IMG/VR virus record: IMGVR_UViG_3300025368_000021
Span: 1 to 26,075 of that record
Source: a virus
Lineage: Duplodnaviria > Caudoviricetes
Length of the DNA: 26,075 bases
Reading direction: 5' to 3' (one strand)
Part shown: piece by piece, positions 25,128-26,075 of the stretch
How positions within the stretch are numbered: the stretch's first letter is position 1
Layout: every line of letters begins with the position of its first letter
Program-made: the position numbers and the translations under genes
Notes under the pieces: generated by a model
What the model saw: only the letters and a program-made list of their open reading frames with translations
The model's database searches: none
What the model was told of the DNA's origin: nothing

Positions 25128-26073
25128 TTTTTAATCCTTTAGATATTTTAAGAGCTTTGGAAACCATGTCGTTATTGTTTTCAACATAGCCCCCTTTCTT
25201 AAAAGCTTTAAATCCGTTTTTTAAAATGCTTTCTCGCATTTTAGGAGTAATGGCTAAAGACATATGACCAGCCACCTTTTTGTCTTTAGAAACATGAGGG
25301 GTAATGGCTGCGTCAGGATTATGCTCTTTTGCCAAAGCTAATAATTGTTTTGGAATAATATGGTCGTAATAGGTTTCCATGCCGCGAGACCCAATATCAA
25401 GATCTTGGCCGCGCAATTCGCGTTGCCCAAAACTATTAGGCTCTGTTTGCAAAAGCCTTTCAGCCACTTCTTGCCCCAAAACATTGGGCAATTCATGCTC
25501 TTGTGTAGGCCTATCAACAACTCGATTCCCATAACTATCCCAACCATGTAAATGATTTCGATTAAACATGATTCGATTAACTACATTTGACAATGCGTAT
25601 CGATTAGCGTGAGTTTTTCCGGGAGCAATAACTAATCGATCGTAATTGCCTTTAGCTGCTTCAAGAAGAGCGCGTTTTAATCCCAAATCAGTCCATTTTT
25701 CAGTGTTAGTCACATAAGGCGCTTCAATTGGAAGCGAGTGTCTTTTTTCGTTATTAAATAAATTAATTGCACTTTGCAATGCTTCATTTTTTTTGTCAGG
25801 GCTATCCCCGTAATTTAAAAAAGTTTTGTTTTTATTGCGATAATCTAAAAAATTAGCAGGTTGATTGTTATGTTCTATATTTTTTATTTCATATCCTTTA
25901 GGCAAAGCTGTTATTGGGCCGGTATTAAAACCGCGCATTCTGCCTAATTGGCCCCAATCGCTTTGCAACTCTTCTAAGTAAAGAGTTTTTTCTGGCACTG
26001 GCAATGGCTTTTTGGATTGAGAATAAATTTTAGGAGGATCAGAAGGAGTTGAAAACTCTTTAAAGAGTTCTTC
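25117..26073 (-). CDS. 5'-truncated large phage protein; C-terminal part with EELQSDW domain (as in large internal virion/polyvalent proteins)
   Basis: Frame is open from the window end (EELFKEFSTPSDPPKIYSQSKKPLPVPEK...), so TTG 26004 is probably not the start; LYLEELQSDWGQ, APYV...W..LGLKRALLEAA...YD, GMETYYD..IP motifs. Confidence 0.75.
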   Translation of the reverse strand, partial: EELFKEFSTPSDPPKIYSQSKKPLPVPEKTLYLEELQSDWGQLGRMRGFNTGPITALPKGYEIKNIEHNNQPANFLDYRNKNKTFLNYGDSPDKKNEALQSAINLFNNEKRHSLPIEAPYVTNTEKWTDLGLKRALLEAAKGNYDRLVIAPGKTHANRYALSNVVNRIMFNRNHLHGWDSYGNRVVDRPTQEHELPNVLGQEVAERLLQTEPNSFGQRELRGQDLDIGSRGMETYYDHIIPKQLLALAKEHNPDAAITPHVSKDKKVAGHMSLAITPKMRESILKNGFKAFKKGGYVENNNDMVSKALKISKGLKNVI

Positions 26074-26075
26074 CC

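Larger units (their letters stand above)
1..26075 (-). mobile_element. Tailed phage (podovirus-like) structural and lysis gene region; free phage versus prophage cannot be determined
   Basis: Co-oriented, tightly packed ORFs including capsid, scaffold, GroES, adaptors, nozzle, fibres, lysozyme and spanins. No tape measure, tail tube or sheath recognised, and no host housekeeping genes. Confidence 0.96.

Noticed and set aside
63-25551. All plus-strand ORFs in the track (e.g. 16042..16407, 17458..17886, 18928..19377, 19992..20345, 23045..23503)
   Set aside because: They are antisense shadows of well-supported minus-strand genes, with no recognisable motifs; biased codon usage and Gly/Thr-rich coding explain the open frames.
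1-26075. Stop-codon reassignment, introns/inteins, tRNA genes, att sites
   Set aside because: Genes tile densely under the standard code with TAA, TAG and TGA all used as stops; no intein or homing endonuclease motifs or cloverleaf recognised by eye. tRNAscan-SE and Infernal were not run.

Overview
A 26 kb segment of a tailed dsDNA phage (podovirus-like Caudoviricetes) containing the virion morphogenesis and lysis region. Every credible gene is on the minus strand, so transcription runs from the window end towards position 1. In transcription order: two AT-rich putative capsid-cargo proteins (a 5'-truncated protein with an EELQSDW domain, and a GP88-like Cys-cluster protein), a basic low-complexity protein, a terminator, a small protein, GroES-like co-chaperonin, scaffold, a 202-aa protein, a sigma70-type promoter with a structured leader, a decoration-like protein, a Mu gpT-like major capsid protein, small virion proteins (including DUF6321-like), a terminator, tail fibre/adhesin modules, two adaptor-like paralogues, a 1329-aa Zn-ribbon/Ig/beta-helix fusion, a holin-endolysin-nested Rz/Rz1 cassette (implying a diderm host), a P22 gp10-like nozzle and a 3'-truncated MGGK protein. 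Most notable: (1) a recurring [FRK]-[KA]-x-G-G motif plus a KAL-x-I-[SA] helix shared by otherwise unrelated proteins, a candidate capsid-loading or processing tag system; (2) a twin-hairpin leader showing CCCCGGUG twice ahead of the capsid operon; (3) a probable AUU start codon on an adaptor gene. All family assignments come from motif recognition by eye; no database searches were run. No tRNA, CRISPR array, integrase or reverse transcriptase was recognised.
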